Assembly: GCA_963738685.1 (NCBI GenBank)
Contig: CAVTXK010000001.1
Span: 924,007 to 988,006, forward strand
DNA from: an uncultured Chloroflexia bacterium
GTDB taxonomy: Bacteria; Chloroflexota; Limnocylindria; Limnocylindrales; CSP1-4
Length of the DNA: 64,000 bases
Direction of reading: 5' to 3'
Position 1 is the first letter of the stretch. Every line of letters starts with the position of its first letter. Positions 60,731 to 64,000 of the stretch are shown here, in pieces. A program made the position numbers and the translations under genes. Below the pieces are notes generated by a model that did no database searches, was not told the origin of the DNA, and saw nothing but the letters and a program-made list of their open reading frames with translations.

Positions 60731-63375
60731 GCGTCGGGCTCCCCGTCGCGTCGCCGGTTCTCCGGGTCGAACACCACCGAGTCGACGATCTGCGCCTCGA
60801 TCGTCCGGTCCATCGAGCGGCGCGAGGACGCGCTCGCCGATGCCGCTCCCGACCGCCCTTCACGAGCGCGAGCGCGAACGTCCGGCCGAGCGCGGCGCTG
60901 CGGTACGACGACGTCACGTGCCCGAGCATCGGGACCGGCGTCGGACGCGAGGTCGGCGCCGAGGGCCACGAGCTGGGCGCCCTCGGGCAGCAGCGCCTCG
61001 GGATCGATCGGGAGGAGGCCGACCAGCTGCTTGCGGTCCGGGCCGGAGCGCGTCGGGCCGTCGGTGCGACCGCCGCCCGATGAAGTCCTTCTTCGTCGAG
61101 ACGGCCCACGCCATGCCGAGGTCCTGCGGCGTGACCGTGCCGTCGGTCTCCTGGCCGATGATCGGGTAGCCCTTCTCGGCGCGCAGGACGTGCATCGTCT
61201 CGGTGCCGTACGGCGTGATGCCGAGCGGCTGCGCCGGCGGCCATCACGGCCTCCCACAGCGCCAGGCCGTGCCAGGTCGGGACGTTGAGCTCGTACGCCA
61301 GCTCCCCGGAGAACGAGATGCGGAACACGCGCCCGGGCGTGCCCGCGATGACCGCCTCGCGCCAGGTCATGAACGGGAAGGCCTCGTTCGAGACGTCGAG
61401 ATCCGGGGACGAGCGCGCGCCACGACCTCGCGGGACCGCGGCCCGACGACGGCGATCGTCGCCCATTGCTCCGTCACGCTCGTGGCGCGGACCCGCAGCT
61501 CCGGCCACTCGGTCTGGAGCCACTCCTCGAGGTGGTCGAGGACGGCGGCGGCGTTGCCGGTCGTCGTGGTCATGTGGAACCGGTCCTCGGCCAGGCGCGA
61601 GGTGACGCCGTCGTCGAAGACCATCCCGTCGGCGCGGCACATCAGGCCGTAGCGGCACGAGCCGACCTTGAGCGTCGAGAACGTGTTCGTGTAGATGCGG
61701 TCGAGGAAGACGCCGACGTCCGGGCCCTGCGAGGTCGATCTTGCCGAGGGTCGTCGCGTCCATCGACGGCGACGCCGGTGCGCGCGGCGCGCGCACTCGC
61801 GCAGCACGGCCTCGTCCATCGACTCGCCCGTCGCGCGGGAAGTAGCGCGGCCGCTTCCACTGGCCGACGTCCTCGAACACCGCGCCGTGGGCGACGTGCC
61901 ACGGCGTGGATCGAGGTCGTCCGGACGGGATCGGCGAGGGCCGGACCGCGGTCGCGCCCGGCCAGCTGGGCGAAGCTGACCGGGATCGTCGGCGGTCGGT
62001 AGGTCGGGACGCCGACCGCGCCGACCTCCTGGCCGAGGATCGCGGCGGCGATCGCGCTCGCGACGACCCCGCCGCCCCGTCCCTGGTCGATGCCGGTGCC
62101 GATCGTCGTGTAGCGCTTGACGTGCTCGATCGAGTCGAGGCCCGCGCCGAGCGCCCGCCGCAGGTCGCGCACGGTCGCGTCGCGCCCGAGGTCGACGTAG
62201 TGCGTCGCCCACGCGTCGTCGGTCGCGGCGCCGGGCGGCGGCACGACCCAGGTCGGCGACGATCTCGCCGAGCCCATCGATCTCGCCGGCCGCCGCACCG
62301 ACGACCTCCATCCGGCCGTGCGGCCCGGGCCGGTCCGGGACGAAGGCGGCGATCCGCTCGTCGAAGCGGAGCGTGCCGCGGGCCTGGCTCCACAGCGCGA
62401 CGTTCGGGTTCCAGCCGCCGGACACGAGCAGCAGGTCGGCCTCGACGGTCTCGCGTCCGCGCCGCCCGCCCGGACGATGCGAACCCCCGCGAGGCGGCCG
62501 GCGTCGTCGCCGTCGGTGCCCACGACGGCGTCGCCGCGCCGCGCGTCGACGACCGCGACGACGCTCGATCCCGGCTGCCCGGACCGTGGCCGCCACGGCG
62601 TCCGTCGTGCCGTTGTTCGTGAAGACGACCGCCCGCTCGCCCGGGCGGACGCCGTACCGCTCGCACGTACGTCAGCGGCCGCGCCGGCGAGCATGATCCC
62701 GGGCCGGTCGTCGTCGGCGAACGACGATCGGCCGCTCGATGGCCCCGGTCGCGAGCACGATCCGCGCCGCGCGGATGTGCCAGAGCCGGCCCTCGGTCGT
62801 GGGCGTCGGCCGGCGCTCGCACGGCGGTCACGTAGCCGTGGTCGTAGATGCCGAGGGCCGTCGTGCCGGCCAGCACGCCGTCGCCGGTCGCGGACGGGTC
62901 GGCGTCGACGAGCAGGACCCGGTCCGTCGGGGTCGGACGCCTGCGGCGACGGCCGCGGCGCGCCGACCGGACGCGCCGGCCCCGATCACGAGGACCTCGC
63001 AGTGGGCGTGCCGGCTGTCGAACCGGCCCGCGATCCGTCGCGGCCGATTCCAGCCGGCCCCGGCCGGCGAGGCTCGCGACCACGAGCCCGTCCTCGAGCG
63101 GGACGGTCGTCGCGCGGAGCATCGGCTCGCTGGCGCCGCTCGGCCAGCGGACCTGGACGAGCGCGTTCGGCTCCTCCGGCCCGGCTGACACGATGCCGCG
63201 CGGCCGGTCGTCGTAGATGCTCCGGCCGACGACGTCGACGCCGTTCGCCAGCAGCGCCGAGGCGATCGTGTCGCCGGCGAAGCCCGGTAAGCGGCACGTC
63301 CGTCGAACGTCGAAGGCGACCGTGGTCGCGATCGATCGATCCGCGTCCCGCCGTCGGCAGGCGTGCCGTCGTCAT
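60727..63375 (-). pseudogene. soxA: sarcosine oxidase alpha subunit, more than a dozen frame changes
   Basis: Segments lie in many frames: MTTARLPTAGRGSIDR / FAGDTIASALLANGVDVVGRSIYDDRPRGIVSAGPEEPNALVQV / EVLVIGAGASG / [30 protein letters not shown] / [33 protein letters not shown] / [21 protein letters not shown] / [27 protein letters not shown] / [21 protein letters not shown]. Confidence 0.85.
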
Positions 63376-63625
63376 CGACCGTCCCCGAACGTCGTTGGTC
63401 AGCGTGTCGCGGGTGACGTCGAACCAGCGCCGGCAGCCGGCCGTGTGGACCCAGCGCTCGCGCGAACGGACCCTTGGGGTTGTCGCGCAGGAACAGGTAC
63501 TCGACCCACTGCGGCGTCGGTCAGCGCGTCGGGATCCGCCGGGTAGGCGATGCCGGCCTGGCCGCCGTAGCGGAACTCGGTCTCGTCGCGCGGCCCGCAG
63601 TACGGGCACGGGATCGCAGCAGCAT
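63372..63625 (-). pseudogene. soxD: sarcosine oxidase delta subunit, several frame changes
   Basis: ATG 63625 overlaps the soxB stop (TGATG). Reads [36 protein letters not shown] / WVEYLFLRDNPKG / RERWVHTAGCRRWFDVTRDTLTNDV. The probable TGA overlaps the soxA ATG. Confidence 0.75.
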
Positions 63626-64000
63626 CAGTGGGCGACCGCCGCGGCGCCGTGCTCGTCGATGAGCGCGCCGGTCGTGAACCGCTCCAGCGCGAACGGCCGG
63701 TTGAGCGCGTGCGGCTCGTCGTTGGCGATCGTGTGGGCGAGCACCCAGCCCGACGCCGGCGTCGCCTTGAACCCGCCGGTGCCCCAGCCGCAGTCGAGGT
63801 ACAGGCCGTCGACCGGCGGTCGTCGAGATGATCGGCGAGGCGTCCGGCGACACGTCGACGATGCCGCCCCAGGTCCGCAGCACGTGGGCCCGCGCGAAGA
63901 TCGGGAAGAGCTCGAGGGCCGCCGCCATCTGGTGCTCGATGACGTGGAACGCGCCGCGCTGGCCGTAGCCGTTGTAGGCGTCGATGCCGGCGCCCATCAC
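63625..64000 (-). pseudogene. soxB: sarcosine oxidase beta subunit, C-terminal part (runs off the right edge), at least one frame change near 63830
   Basis: [56 protein letters not shown], then in another frame [61 protein letters not shown]. Confidence 0.8.

Overview
High-GC bacterial chromosomal DNA (roughly 70% G+C by eye) with actinobacterial or Chloroflexi-like gene content. I recognised no rRNA, tRNA, CRISPR array, transposase, integrase or phage gene. About 65 protein genes can be supported.

Gene order, left to right:
- two crotonases, EthD plus an alpha/beta hydrolase, and an aspartase/fumarase-class lyase
- a PadR-Rieske-membrane operon
- an APC permease plus a glutamine-synthetase-like ligase
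- a soluble multi-GAF hybrid histidine kinase, REC-adenylate cyclase and Hpt relay
- ankyrin, SDR, ppgK, aldehyde dehydrogenase, NUDIX
- an ftsZ outside any dcw context, HxlR, an HtrA-like protease
- purE/purK, with purK reading continuously from a GrpB domain
- a KamB/NpmA-like 16S rRNA methyltransferase with an in-frame TAA
- an XRE/PD-(D/E)xK gene bracketed by direct repeats
- a nucleoside hydrolase plus an ECF transporter
- moeZ-cysO-cysM-mec beside an atypical suf cluster (Rrf2, sufC, SnoaL-like, sufS ... sufU, no sufBD)
- tldD/pmbA, an M20 peptidase, DinB
- a corrinoid-dependent methyltransferase operon (corrinoid protein, DUF1638, MeTr, RamA-like activase, non-Pyl MttB, MetF) beside IclR and sarcosine oxidase soxBDAG

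Two global oddities:
1. A family of exactly 130-bp elements bounded by inverted repeats fills two large intergenic gaps.
2. Many conserved genes can only be read by hopping frames, almost always +1. These shifts are concentrated in operon-sized blocks next to perfectly intact genes.

Genes that cannot be translated as given are labelled 'pseudogene' operationally. Consensus or assembly error is an equally good explanation. All frameshift positions, identities and counts are hand-derived from the sequence and the ORF track, not computed.
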